Notes: generated by a model not told the origin, from the sequence alone. DNA of 64,000 bases from Octopus sinensis (GCF_006345805.1 NC_043000.1:29760001-29824000); one strand, 5' to 3'; shown: positions 37,818 through 50,965, counted from the stretch's first letter. Numbers and translations: made by a program.

Positions 37818-38167
37818 TATATATATGTGTGTATGTATTTATGTATGAATATATGTATGTATACGTCTTTGAATACTTTGTCAGGTCACCGCCTAAGAAT
37901 ACACATTAAAATGTTTTCATCGCTATTAATTGTCTACAACATGGTTCGGAGGGGTACATACGTCCATTCGGTGTTAACGTAAGTACGTCTGCTTTTCATC
38001 AATCTTTAACAGGAGAACATTCAGGCCGAGAAAGCTGTTAGGAGACAGAGGACTCCTCAGCTCCGATAGGAAGCTTATTGATGACCATAAATCACAGGGT
38101 GCATTTCGTGGAAATTGAACCCAGAGCATCTAGAATCGGAGTGCTATCGTAACGTACTTTATTTGAC

Positions 38168-38206
<39 letters not shown>

Positions 38207-38410
38207 ATACAGAGGCACATCCAAACACACACACACGGACACATACAGACACAGTTGTAGCAAACGTCATCGTCGAGGCAGTAGAAGCAACATCATCATC
38301 ATCAGCAGCAGCAGTAGTGGTAGAAGTGGTAGAAGTGGTGGTGGTGGTGGTGGTGGTACTAGAAGAGTAGAAGCAGTATTAGTATTCGTAGTTGTAGTAG
38401 TAAGAGAACT

Positions 38411-38778
38411 GTGGAGGCGCAATGGCCCAGTGGTTAGGGCAGTGGACTCGCAGTCATAGGATCGCAGTTTCGTTCCCCAGACCGGGCGTTGTGAGTGTTT
38501 ATTGAGCGAAAACACTTAAAAGCTCCCCGAAGCACCGGCTGGGGAGGTGTACGAACCCTGCTGTACTCTTTCTCTCACTCTTCTTGTTTCTATTGTACCT
38601 GTATTTCAAAGGGGCCAGCCTTGTCACACTCTGTATCACGCTGAATCTCCCCGAGAGCTACGTTAACGCTACACGTGTCTGTGGAGTGCTCAGCCACTTG
38701 CACATTAATTTCACGAGCAGGCTGTTCCGTTGATCGGATCAACTAGAACCCTCGTCGTCGCAACCGACGGAGGCCCGT
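38411..38778 (+). mobile_element. SINE family C, full length
   Basis: Head to CCTCGTCGTCGCAACCGACGGAG tail. Confidence 0.9.
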
Positions 38779-39908
38779 AGTAAGAGAACTAAGAACAAGA
38801 GTGAGCAAAATATCTTTATACATACATTCATACACACATATACCTATATACTTACATATGATCCCCTTCCTATACATCAACTTACATTTATATTAATATA
38901 AATGAAATGTTATGTAGCAGTTAGTGCATACCACATGTTCTGAATTATTTTTTTTCATACTAAAATATTTCCATTCTTCTGTCTATTTACCAATATTTGT
39001 TTGTCTTTTAGCAATTGTTTCCTCCAAATGTTTACATACAAATACAAAAACAAAAAAGAAAAGCAGAAAACAAAAGCAATACTTTTCTATTATAAATCTA
39101 TCTTCCAATGAATAAAGCAGCAAACATTTATTGAATTTGAACTAGTGGAATATTTTGTACTAATATTCTTCAAAAGTCTGCACGCTGTGTGTGGGGACGC
39201 TACTCCATGGATGCCTTCGTTAACACTGAATAGACGTACATATTCCCGCGTAGATTTACCGGTGTATGTATGGAATTAAACCACTGTGAATGATGAATTT
39301 ATACAAGTACTGTACGACCTTGCATTCGCTGTGTATTTGGTGTATTGTTGATGTACATTATTTTGCATAATAATTTGAGAAATGTAGCTAATATTTTGAC
39401 AAAAGATAATGAAAATAATATCACTTCGGCTTTTCTAAAAGAACCTTAAAAAATTTACAGATGCCGTACACTGATTCAGTGAAATAAAGTTTACTGGAGA
39501 TGAAAATAAATTGCGGTTATCGTTATAACCCAAGGGAACGATCGATAGTGGACGGAAGATTTTTTGCCCCGTCAGAAAAAAACTGCTTTGCGCTACTTTG
39601 TTTGAAATGTTTCACCGTAAGTTCAAATCTCACTGGGATAGACTTTACATTTTCTTCTGTCAGAGGAGTCGTACTTCAAAGTACTGCGATCGATTCAATT
39701 GATTTAAACTTCCACGCAAACGTTTACTCTTGTTTTTATGTTCATCCTAATTATAACGAGCTAGACCACATTGGACATTCTAAAGCAGAGAAATTCAAAG
39801 GCGACAAAATGCCCTCAAAATTATATATTCTGAATCAGGAAACAATTTCAACAACTGAAGTCGTAGTTAGATAATATGATTATATACACTCACGGTATAC
39901 TGTTATTT

Positions 39909-40245
39909 GTGGAGGTGCACTGATCCAGTGGTTGGGGCAGCAGACTCGCGGTTTCGATTCCCAGATCGGGCATTGTGAGTGTTTATTGAGCGAAAACAAC
40001 CTAAATCTCCACGAGGCTCCGGCAGAGGGTGGTAATGAACCCTGCTTCCTCTCACTCTTTCTTCCTGTTTCTGTTGTACCTATATTTCAAAGGGCCAGCC
40101 TTGTCACACTCTGTGTCACGCTGGATCTCTCCGAGAACTACGTTGAGGGTACTTGTGTCTGTGGAGTGCTCAGACACTTGCACGTTAATTTCGTGAGCAA
40201 GCTGTCCTGTTGATCGGATCAACTGGGACCTTCACCGTCGTAACC
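39909..40245 (+). mobile_element. SINE family C
   Basis: Homology with small deletions. Confidence 0.85.
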
Positions 40246-41138
40246 ATTTACGTGTTATCTCTGGGATAACATTGGTGGCGTGGAGAGGGGAGGCTGGTAT
40301 GCATAGGCGACTGCTGGTCTTCCATAAACAACCTTGCCCAGACTTGTGCCTCGGAGGGTAACTTTCTAGGTGCAATCCCATGGTCATTATGACCAAAGGG
40401 GCTCAGAACAATACTTTTATTTAGGGTCAGCTTTAGAGCTTTTCATCTTTAGATCGCATGACAACTCAAAAGTATCCGTCATAACTTGATCATTTATCTC
40501 ATTGATTGATATAAACATGTGCCGCATTCTAACACTCGGCAGTAATAAGTGAGATTTTAAAAGGTCACTTCTCTATTACCGCTTTTATTTTTTCGTTAAT
40601 CATGTTAAAGAATAAGAAAGAATCTATAAAAGTGGCCACATTCGGCAGTAAATCGCTTTACAACAAAAAGATTCGGAAATCAAGAAGGGCAAATATAGAT
40701 ATCTAAATTCTACAATAAGGCTTAGATATTACAACTGAGAAACACGATAACAGTTTTTCCAGTTCTGAAACATTCATATTTTCTGATTACATGGCAAAAA
40801 CTTATTGTTTACAAGACTTTGAACAAGGAAACAATCTAAAATATTACATTTAAATTGAACCCATGTATGATTGTACATCTAGATCTCTCCGTTTCTAATG
40901 TCTATGAAAACCCCACTTACCTGACGAAAGTTAATAAAGACTGTATTTTATTTACAGTCGAATGTCACTCTCGGAAAATTATGGAAATCTCTTAACACGG
41001 GCTTATATCTCAAATTCATTTTTCAGCTGGAAAGTGACAAACAATACAAGTCATCTCGTGAGCTCGGTAAGCTTCTGTGGGGTTATGCAACTTGCAATAG
41101 ATAACAGCCAAAGCTTCTTCAAATTAAAAATTCCGTCA

Positions 41139-41530
41139 TCTCTCTATATATAAAGCTGAAGTTGTCTGTGTATGGCAGGTTTGGTAGCTTTCAACTAACA
41201 CTATCTCCTCCGAGACCCTGCGGCGCAAGTTAACACAAAAATTGAGAGTATAATAGAAGGCTTGCTCTTCCTTCCGTAGAAGAAACAATTCAAATCGGAC
41301 TATGTTAACACCAAAAATTATTTACATCAAAAAAGCGCTTTTTTCCTATGAAAATCCTTATTTGTTACGATTTTTTGACTGCAGTGTCGCCATTTTTCGG
41401 TGTATTTCAACCAGAAAAATGTTAAAGAGAATAACAAGCTATATAATGCAGAATTTTTACTTTTCAAAAATTCCAATTCTAAAGGGTCGAAAAGAAAAGA
41501 AAACCGAGCAACGTCGGGCGATACTGCTAA
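41139..41530 (+). mobile_element. Non-autonomous Helitron
   Basis: A|TCTCTCTATATATAAAG ... CCGAGCAACGTCGGGCGATACTGCTAA|T; 3' end shared with the 32273 element. Confidence 0.8.
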
Positions 41531-41859
41531 TCTTAAATAAAGGTAGTTTTACATATACTTAAAAGGACAGGATGGGCACGACAAGATTGCTTTCGATCAT
41601 TAGTTGGCTCAAAGACGTTTGACCAAAGGCTAAACATCAACAGCAACGCGTCAATTCTATTTGACACAAGATGAATAAACTACATCAGCGACCTCATCCG
41701 ACACATAAATTCGGTCAAATCTGTATTATTGCAGTTGTCATGTGATACGTTTTTTTTTTTTCTCCTGCGCTTTATGCTTTCATATATTTTTTCTGACTGC
41801 TTTCATATATATTTCTATTGTGATAATTTGGCTCAATCCCCTCTCACTTCGCTCTCTCA

Positions 41860-42012
41860 CTACTACTACTACCACCATCACCACCACCAGCACCAGCACC
41901 ACCACCATCACCACCACCGCCACCGCCACCACCGTCACCACCACCACCACCATCACCACCACCACCACCACCACCACTACTACTAATACCACTACTACTA
42001 CTACTACTATTC

Positions 42013-42045
<33 letters not shown>

Positions 42046-42130
42046 ACACCACCACCACCACCAACACCACCCCCACTACTACTACCATCACCACCACCAC
42101 CACCACTACTACTGGCGCATTTACTGTTGC
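41860..42130. repeat. (ACC)n/(ACT)n trinucleotide block
   Basis: Direct reading. Confidence 0.95.
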
Positions 42131-42929
42131 TACTGCTGCTACTGCTCTCATTTCAGATATTATTATTCTTGTTGCACTCTGATTGTGTAAAATTATTTTC
42201 TTTCTGATGTATCTCATGATTGAAGCTGTAAATTAAACATTGCGAAGAGGACAAAACGATTTCGGTGAACGTAGAGAATATCAAACAAGAATGACAATAT
42301 TACCACCACCATCATCATCATCATCATCGTCGTCACCAAAAACAAAAACAACAACAACGATGACGACACCACCACCACCACCACCAACAACAACAGCAAT
42401 AACAACATTACGTTAAGATGAAATAATAATCTAAAACCAATTACTGGTTTGTTATATTAACAATGAAGCGATAGAAGGAAAATATTGATATGATAATATT
42501 TTGAATTTAGTCTCTTCGTGCCTTGTTTTGGTATCAGATATTCGTAAGGTTAATAGGTTCAACCGATTGTAATCTCTGGGATTAAATAGGGTTAATATAA
42601 AGGCGTAGACTTCACGTGAATAATCCGCTGATATTTTTCAGTTTTTCGATTTTATTTTCTGATTCAGAGACATGAGTGTTTACTATGGTTGTGGTTTTTA
42701 ATTTTTTTAATTTATTTCCAAGAGAACGAAAATGGATGACTTTACTTCTCAAATCGTTAAGAAATTGAGAACTGACGCAACCTCTTAGTGATCATCTTGA
42801 TCTTTGATCTGTTAAAAGTTCTCAGAGATTTGTCAATCTTGAGAGTAAAATCGAAAACAAAAGAAGAAAAAAAAACTGCGGTGCAGGATGCACTTGGACG
42901 AATGGCGTCTAAAATCTTCATCTTTTCTT

Positions 42930-43380
42930 ATTGAGCTGTCACAATCCTTAGACTGCGGCCATGCTGGATAATGACTTTGGAAAGATTTAGCCGAACAAAC
43001 GACACTTGTACTTATGATTTTCCTTTTTTAGTTTGCTTTCCTTTTTGTCCGGTATTTATTCTATCGATCACTTTTTGGTGGACCGCGAAGTTGCGGAGAT
43101 GTAAATAAACCAGCATCGGTTGTCAAGTCGAAGGGTATAAACACATGCAGTGAGACTCACTCGCACACAGACACACACAAACATACACGCACCTCCTACA
43201 CACGGATGCATTCATGTATACACTTATATACACATATGTACAATAAGCGCACCAAACTGAATCCAAGAAATTGCTTTGCATGAGGCTATAATAGAAGACA
43301 CCTGCTCCATGTATCGTGAAATGAGACTGAACCCAAAAGCACGTGATTGAAAAGCAAGCTTCTTAACCATACAACAACGT
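42930..43380 (-). mobile_element. Diverged SINE family B (two pieces)
   Basis: Tail at 42930-42975, head at ~43340-43380. Confidence 0.7.
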
Positions 43381-43400
43381 CTATAACTAAGATAATTGTT

Positions 43401-43472
43401 TTCCCCTGCCGGGAAACGAATGCAGGTCGCCTGGTTGAAAGCCAAGAATCCTATGACTGCAACTGTCATTCA
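43401..43472 (-). pseudogene. tRNA-Glu(TTC) pseudogene
   Basis: Minus strand TAGGATTCTTGGCTTTCAACCAGGCGACCTGCATTCGTTTCCCGGCAGGGGAA resembles metazoan tRNA-Glu; anticodon at 43437-43439; degenerate B box and D arm. Confidence 0.65.
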
Positions 43473-43596
43473 TTTGGTTATAAGTCTGCGCGATTAGAAT
43501 TGAACTGAGAATAAACAACAAAAACAACAGAGATTTGTTGTAAAGAAGCTAAAATTTCTTTGAAAAATGAGTAGAAAGTGTGTATGTGTATGTGTA

Positions 43597-43679
<83 letters not shown>

Positions 43680-43788
43680 CATATATATATACATGTATAT
43701 ACACATGCATATATGGGTAGAGGTCGTCAAAAAATCGTGAACAACATGAAAAACGTGAACATAAAAAAACAAAAACCTGGAAAACGAA

Positions 43789-43830
<42 letters not shown>

Positions 43831-43831
<1 letters not shown>

Positions 43832-44044
43832 GGTGGGGTGTACTAAAAAGTTACTAGCTTTAAGGATGTTGCGGAAGACCAGGAGCAAACTTCCAAGTTT
43901 TTAAGAAGAGTTTAGAAAAACTGTAGAGTCTCTGCAATATGTGTGTGAATATCTGAGAGGGGAATATGTTGGCTAAAATCATAATTAACTGATCCCTCTG
44001 TATTTTCTTTTACCCAAACCCAGGATGTTTTCAGCAACTCCTCA
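43831..44044 (+). mobile_element. Mariner-derived MITE in (TA)n
   Basis: Imperfect TIRs (GGGGTGTACTAAAAAGTTACTAGCTTT / AAACCCAGGATGTTTTCAGCAACTCCTC); interior ...GAGAGGGGAATATGTT resembles a mariner transposase C-terminus (GEYV). Confidence 0.7.
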
Positions 44045-44564
44045 TATGTATGTATGTATGTATGTATGTATGTTGGGGAAACAGAACTCTGCAAAATTTC
44101 TGTGTGTTCATATCGAAACTGATGGCATGTGTTTGTGAAGTGTCCTTCTCACCCGCAAAGGTAGGCCTACTCCTGTGAATTTAATGACTTTAAGTTTGGA
44201 CTGATATAATGGAACAGACATGAATAGCGTTGAAGAAATTTTTTTTTAACATTTTTATAAATGTGTAGGAACGAGATTATGTAAGACAATCGATATTTGA
44301 CATATAAGACAGTAGAATACATTGGAATCTATATTAAATTTTATAAAAAAAAAGTGTCGACAATGTTAATGTACTTGAAGAGAGAATGTATAATGGAGAA
44401 ATCTTCATGAAACTTGTGTTCCATTAATAAGAGCGACACGAGAACAACATTACTACAATAGCTTAACTTGAAAACAACAAAGATAAATAAATTTCGAAAA
44501 ATCTGATTGAGTACGAAGACATTGAGGAAAAAAAATTAATTGATTAATAGAACATTAACAAAAG

Positions 44565-44875
44565 ACGGCGGATTGGTTGAATCGTAGAATCGCTGGAGCG
44601 TCGAACAAAATGCCATGTATTCGGTTAAGTGTCTTCATACTCTGAATTCAAATATTCCCACCGTTGTGTTTTATTTCAGCCCCCCCCCCCACCAGGGTCG
44701 ATTAAATAAATACTAGGCGTGGTTGTGTGGTAAGAAGCTAACTTTGCAACAACATGGTTCCGGGTTCAGTCTCATTGCGTGGCATCTTGGGCAAGTGTCT
44801 TTTACTATAGCTTCGGGCCGATTAAATCCTTCTGAATTGTGGACTGAAACTGACAGAAACCCCGTCGTGCTTGCG
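44565..44875 (+). mobile_element. Degenerate family A (44565-44712) followed by family B 5' part (44715-44875)
   Basis: Homology. Confidence 0.7.
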
Positions 44876-44897
44876 CGTATGTGTGTGTGTATATACA

Positions 44898-44934
<37 letters not shown>

Positions 44935-44939
44935 GAAAC

Positions 44940-44972
<33 letters not shown>

Positions 44973-44982
44973 TATGTGTGTG

Positions 44983-45284
44983 TGGAGGCGCAATGGCCCA
45001 GTGGTTAGGGCAGCGGACTCGCGGTCGTAGGATCGTGGTTTCGATTCCCAGACCGGGCGTTGTGAGTATTTATTGGGCGACAACACCTAAAGCTCCACAA
45101 CGCTCTGGCAGGAGATGGTGGCGATCCCTGCTGTACTCTTTCGCCGCAACTTTCTCTCACTCTTTCTTCTGTTGGCCTGCTCGCTTAGCCAGCGGGGTGG
45201 CATCATTTGAAGGCTAAAACAATGCGAAGCGCATTGTGACCAGCGATGTGTAGCAACATCTCATAGCCTGGTCGGTCAAGTGAT

Positions 45285-45292
<8 letters not shown>
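44983..45292 (+). mobile_element. SINE family C head with an alternative 3' tail
   Basis: Same head as 38411 but ends ...GTGACCAGCGATGTGTAGCAACATCT...GTGATCACGTGA. Confidence 0.8.
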
Positions 45293-45325
<33 letters not shown>

Positions 45326-45342
45326 CATATATAATATGTAAT

Positions 45343-45625
45343 GAAGGCGCGTAGCTTAGTTGTTAGGGCATACTGCTTACGATCGTAATGTTCTGAGTTC
45401 AATTCCTGGGGAAATGTTGTGTCCTTGGGCAAATCACTTTATTTTTCACATTGCTGCACTTCACTCAGCTGGCAAAAAAGAGTAGTACTTTTATTTCAAA
45501 AGGCCAGTCTTTTCACACTCTGCGTCACGCTGAACCTCCTTGAGAACTACTTCAATGGTTCACGAGCAAGCTGTTCCGTTGTTCGTATCAGCTGAGACCC
45601 TCGCCGTCGTAACTGACGGAGTGCT
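45343..45625 (+). mobile_element. SINE family E, near full length
   Basis: Homology to 15186 and to family C 3' domain. Confidence 0.8.
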
Positions 45626-45634
45626 CCTCCTATA

Positions 45635-45684
<50 letters not shown>

Positions 45685-45744
45685 CACTTGACAACCGACG
45701 TTGATGTATTGATGTCTGCGTATCTTAACCGTTCGGCCAAAAGA

Positions 45745-46022
45745 CCGAAGGAATAACTTTGTAACTTCTCGAGCCATGCCTGGCTCATAAGGGCTGGCAT
45801 CCCGGTTTCCTTGGCATATAGGTTCTTGCAAGATGCAGAAGGAAAGAGTGAAAGAAAGATGTGGCGAAAGAGTCAGCAGAAGTTCGCCAATACCTTCTGC
45901 CAGAGCCGCGTGGAGCTTAGGTGTTTCGCTCATAAACATATACATCGCCCTGTCTGAGTTTCGAACACACGATTCCTCGGCCGCGAGTCCGCTGCTCTAA
46001 CCACTAGGTCATGTGCCTCCAC
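45745..46022 (-). mobile_element. SINE family C head with a third 3' tail
   Basis: Minus-strand tail ...GCCCTTATGAGCCAGGCATGGCTCGAGAAG. Confidence 0.75.
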
Positions 46023-46095
46023 GACGGAATAAGTACTAGGCTTATATATATATATATATTCCGTGTTAATTGTTAACAAGGTAAAAATACACTCA

Positions 46096-46144
<49 letters not shown>

Positions 46145-46723
46145 CTGGGGTCAATTTATTCAACAAAAAATTTCTCTAGCGGTGCCCCAGCATGGCTGGA
46201 GTGTAATCACTGAAACAAATCACAAATAGATGTTGCAACAAAGCTCCTGTGTTTTCATAGCTTTGCGATATCTCATTAGTTGTCCTAAATAATATAGCCA
46301 TGCCACTGAGCTGAAGCTAGCGATTAGAAAATAGGATAATAAGCTCTTTATTCGAGATGGAGGCCATAAAATAGTCTTAATATAAAAGTTGGTTGTTTTA
46401 AACAGTAAATAATTCAGTTATCACTCACTCCTGTGGAGTTTGAACGAGTGACACTCCAGTCATGCAATTTCGTCATGTGATGTCATCACTATACAGCATT
46501 CGAGATATTAAAAAAAGAAATCGTTGTAAACATAGGATCACTAGATACGATAAAGATGGTGGTGATACGATAATCTAATGTCGATATAAGTTTGTTTTTT
46601 TTTTCATCTATCTAGGCATATAAAGAAGAATGTTATAAATATTTGGCTAGATAAGTTCGTTCAGGTTTTTCGATTTTCTTCTAATTTTTTTCCTATGTTA
46701 TTGGAATTAACACTTTTTTACAG

Positions 46724-46969
46724 TTTTACTTGTTTCAGTCGTTAGATTGCGCCATGCTGGGGCACTGCCTTAAAGAATTTTGGTCTAACGAATCGACTGC
46801 AGTACTTCCCTTTATGTTTAATTTTTTTTTAGCCTGATAATTATTCTATCAGTTTCTTAGCAGAACCGCTAGGTAACTGGGACCTGGACACCTTAACACC
46901 AGTAGTCAAGAGGTGGTAGGGGACAAATACTCACACACACACACACATACACACAATAACATATATACA

Positions 46970-47015
<46 letters not shown>

Positions 47016-47180
47016 ACATACATACTTCTTTCAGTTTCCGTCTACCAGATCCACTCACAAGGCTTAGGTCAGCACGAAGATATAGTAGAAGACACTCGCC
47101 TAAGTTGGCACGCAGTGAGACTGAACTCGAAATCATGTGGTTCGGAAGCAAGCTTCTTACCACACAGCCACGCCTGTGCC
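46724..47180 (-). mobile_element. SINE family B, full length
   Basis: Homology. Confidence 0.85.
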
Positions 47181-47739
47181 CTAAATATTTTTAACGCAGT
47201 GCTTTTTTATTTTTTTGCACTATTGTTCTACAATATTTGTTTATTTATCGTTTCTGAAATTTGAATAAATTTTACTCCTTCCCAGACATATTACGATGGA
47301 ATACCAAGTAGGAAAAACTAAAAAACGACCAAATTTATCCGACTACTCAATCTAAATAACTAATATCATATATACAGGAAAATCTTAGGAATGCATATTT
47401 CTAAACGAAAGTAGATTACAAGTATAGATTAATAAGCTTAATAAACGAAAACAAAACAGAATGAAATAGAAATTTTGATTCTCGGCAAAGCTATATGTAC
47501 TGGGGGAAAATGCCCACTTCAAATCATATGCTATGAAAATGTAGAGAAGCGTGATAAGATACTTCAAGAATTTAAACACCAACCATACTTGAAAACCCAG
47601 AAAATTGAAGAAGCGGAAGGCTGCATTGTATTGTATCTCTTATCTCAACAAGAGATAGTCAAAAGTAATCCATAAGAATAAAGCTACTTAATGAAAAGCT
47701 AACGGCATCCAGAGAATATAAAGTGCCTTTTTTACCCAC

Positions 47740-47751
47740 CTGATATATATA

Positions 47752-47789
<38 letters not shown>

Positions 47790-47932
47790 TATATATACGT
47801 GTGTGCATGTGTGTGCGTGCCTATATATATATTATATATATATACATGATATATATATATATATATATATATAATATTTGTATATAGTATACATGTATCT
47901 GCATGTATGTATACATACATATATATACACAC

Positions 47933-47963
<31 letters not shown>

Positions 47964-47996
47964 TGTGTATATATATGTATATATATATATATATTA

Positions 47997-48065
<69 letters not shown>

Positions 48066-48118
48066 TATATACATATATATGGTGATAAAATATAGTGTAT
48101 TTCTGTATAGAAAATATG

Positions 48119-48202
<84 letters not shown>

Positions 48203-48270
48203 TATGATGTACATAGGGATATATACGTAAACACATGTGCGCCGCGCACACACACGCATATTTATATGTA
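47740..48270. repeat. (AT)n microsatellite region
   Basis: Direct reading. Confidence 0.95.
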
Positions 48271-48368
48271 TTTGTATTTGAAGGCATTACTAAATTCTTA
48301 CAAACATCGTCAACATTGCAGTATCAGGAGATAGAAATATAACTCCATGCTGGTTAGAAGTCGGTAAA

Positions 48369-48386
48369 GTGCTGCCATCTAGAGAG
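48369..48386 (-). promoter_or_regulatory. CTCF-like motif
   Basis: Minus strand CTCTAGATGGCAGCAC, one mismatch to CACYAGRKGGCRS, in unique sequence; motif only. Confidence 0.2.
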
Positions 48387-48529
48387 TGTGTAGCCTCGCG
48401 GTTAGATTGCAACCATTTTGCATGGGAAAAAATCAAAGAATTGCAGATATTTTAGTCACGATTCTACAGAACAATATTCAAAAACTTACTTAGAGAATCA
48501 TATCTAGTAGAAAGGGCAAAAATCTATTT

Positions 48530-48578
48530 ATCTGTCTGTCTGTCTGTCTGTCTGTCTGTATGTCTTTCTATCTATATT

Positions 48579-48630
<52 letters not shown>

Positions 48631-48631
48631 C

Positions 48632-48669
<38 letters not shown>

Positions 48670-48670
48670 G

Positions 48671-48729
<59 letters not shown>

Positions 48730-48850
48730 GTCTGTGTGTCTTTTTGTCTATCTATCTATCTATCTGACTGTTTGTCTCTGTCTTAGTCTGCCTCACTACC
48801 TACCTACCTACCTACCTACCTACTTACCTACATACCTGACTGTCTGTCTC

Positions 48851-48918
<68 letters not shown>

Positions 48919-48920
48919 CC
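48530..48920. repeat. (TATC)n/(TACC)n tract, 5' flank of Tx1 copy 3
   Basis: Direct reading. Confidence 0.95.
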
Positions 48921-49735
48921 TGAGGCACGCCTTCCCGCAGCTCGTCTCCATGACCGAACTGCAGTCGTGGATCAAAAAGAGGCAGAGGAAAGGTGAATGG
49001 CACCGCGAATGTCGCGTTGCTCTCAAGCAACTATGCCGTCCCGGGTCGACCTTGAATGACTTCAACACAACCAAAGCATTCTATAGGGTATCAGTGGAGG
49101 GGAGGTACGACGACGATCTTGGGGCGAATCTGAGCGTCGACGAGGAATACCTGACCCGCCTTTTTGAGACGACTTTCGGGCCGGAATCTATGGACAACTT
49201 CCAGAGATCCCTGGCCTGGCAGTGCTACCGAGAAGCGCTACCCGTTCGGGATAAGCTCTATAGGCATGGCTCGAGAAACACGAGGCCGACCTGCCCGAAA
49301 TGCGGTCAGAGCCACGAAACCGTTCTGCACGCAATCGTGCAGTGTCCAACAATCTCCGACCTGTGGTCTTATGTCGAACGGCTGCTGTCACGTGTCGGAC
49401 GTGTCGGTTTATCAGCCGAGTCTATCGTTAATATCGTCACGCCTCCTTCCTTCAAACGGGAAAGAAGAACTATTTTTACCATACTTGTGGCTATGGCGAA
49501 AGAATGTATCTGGTGGACACGCCTGAAAGGATTAGAGACAAACACTTTCCTCTCTGGTCAATCTCTCATCAACTTCTTCAAGTATCACTTGAAAAGGAAG
49601 GTGAGAGTAGAGAGGCAAGTTTTGTCTAGTGAATGTCTTAAAAAAAGATGGGTGAATGTAGCAAGGAAGGCACGTATGAATGAGTATGATCCTATGAACG
49701 GTAAAAATTTAATACAGAGAGTTACTTATTTGTAA
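48920..49735 (+). pseudogene. Tx1/L1 ORF2 C-terminal region with CCHC (zf-RVT-like) motif
   Basis: Stop-free frame: SLAWQCYREALPVRDKL...CPKCGQSHETVLHAIVQC (49292-49345)...KECIWWTR; the upstream ORF part is only (TATC)n. Confidence 0.9.
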
Positions 49736-50053
49736 AAAATAAAAATTTAACATGTGACTTCATTGACCGAGGTTACCGTGGTCTTTCCCGTAGGCTTTTC
49801 TTTCCACGGGTAAACCTCACCTGTCTTCCCCTTTACACTTTATATTGACATTTCTGTGATAACGATTGATCGATTTTTTTCTTTTTCCTTTTATTTTTAT
49901 TTCCCCCCCTTTTTTTCTTTTGCTTTCCTCCTTCTTTCCTTTTACGATCTCTTTTGGTCGAAAACCAACCCCCCTTTTTTATCCCCAAAAGAAAAGCTCT
50001 ACCTTGTAATTTGTCCCGTCTGTGTGCAGCCCTGTGTGGCTAATAAAGGAACA
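48921..50053 (+). mobile_element. Tx1-clade LINE copy 3, 5'-truncated with intact 3' end
   Basis: ORF2 C-terminus, 3' UTR, AATAAA at 50042-50047, then (TATC)n. Confidence 0.92.
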
Positions 50054-50122
<69 letters not shown>

Positions 50123-50744
50123 GTCTGTGTATGTCTGTCTCTCAGCCTGGCTGTCATTTTTGTGTATATGTAAATTGAATGGGTGGGAAAACGCTCATAT
50201 AAGTGATAGAATTAGATAAACTTCAGATTAGTGTTCGGACTTGTCCAGAATCTTAAAATCCAACATTCTATTCAGCGCAAGATAATCCAGTTGAAGAAGT
50301 GTTAGCGATAAGAAATATACTGCTGGACCTGGTAGCAAAATCGCAAAGATGGACAAGCACGTATATATATAGTATGTAAGCATATATAAATATATCTAAA
50401 TTATGTACGACAGATTTACTCTTTCTCTTAGCCTTCACGCGTCTTCCTTCTTTCCACTTTTCTTTTTCTCGCTCCACCATATTTCTTGGCCTTCCCTTCA
50501 TTCTCATAACTTTCCCTCCTCATTTACCACACTGCCCCTTTCCTTTCTTTTTCTCTCTTTCTCATCCCTCCTAAATTCTTCAATCCCTCTGCTCCCTACC
50601 TCTCTCTTCTCCTTACACGTGATCAGTGTTCCGCCAAGCCTGAACTTTCTTTCTTGGTTCGACTACCATCCGTGTAGCATCTCTTACATAGCTTCCCATG
50701 ACTTTCATCTTCTATGTCCCTGCTGTAAGGCTTCACTTTTCAGC

Positions 50745-50965
50745 ACACTCCAGGTTAATTCAATTCGTCCTTAGTCGAAAAACACCTGTTGTTAATGTCC
50801 TGTTGTTTGCATCTGTAATTGTGTACCATTTCTCCGGTTTTTTTTCGTCCTTGTTTTCGTATACATTCGATTGCTTTCTTCCAAAGAGTCTAATGCTCTT
50901 AGCTTAGATTTTCTTGGGGCAGCCAGATTGGAGCAGTCTGTAGTGTAACCGCTGTAACGGCGATA
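50745..50965 (+). mobile_element. Unclassified dispersed repeat (second copy at 63170-63575, -)
   Basis: Shared GTCGAAA.AC.CCTGTT and TCTAAT.CTCTTAGCTTAGATTTTC.TTGGGG...CCAGATTGG. Confidence 0.75.

Noticed and set aside
39500-39874. 124-aa ORF
   Set aside because: Overlaps a degenerate family A remnant; no domain features.
40921-40970. CTGACGA plus a GACTGTA/TACAGTC hairpin as an HHR
   Set aside because: The hairpin is 11 nt away from the core, GAAA is replaced by GAAT, and no stem I is apparent.
48560-48919. N-terminal ~120 aa of the 391-aa ORF
   Set aside because: Pure (TATC)n translation that happens to be in frame with the Tx1 fragment; not a fusion gene.
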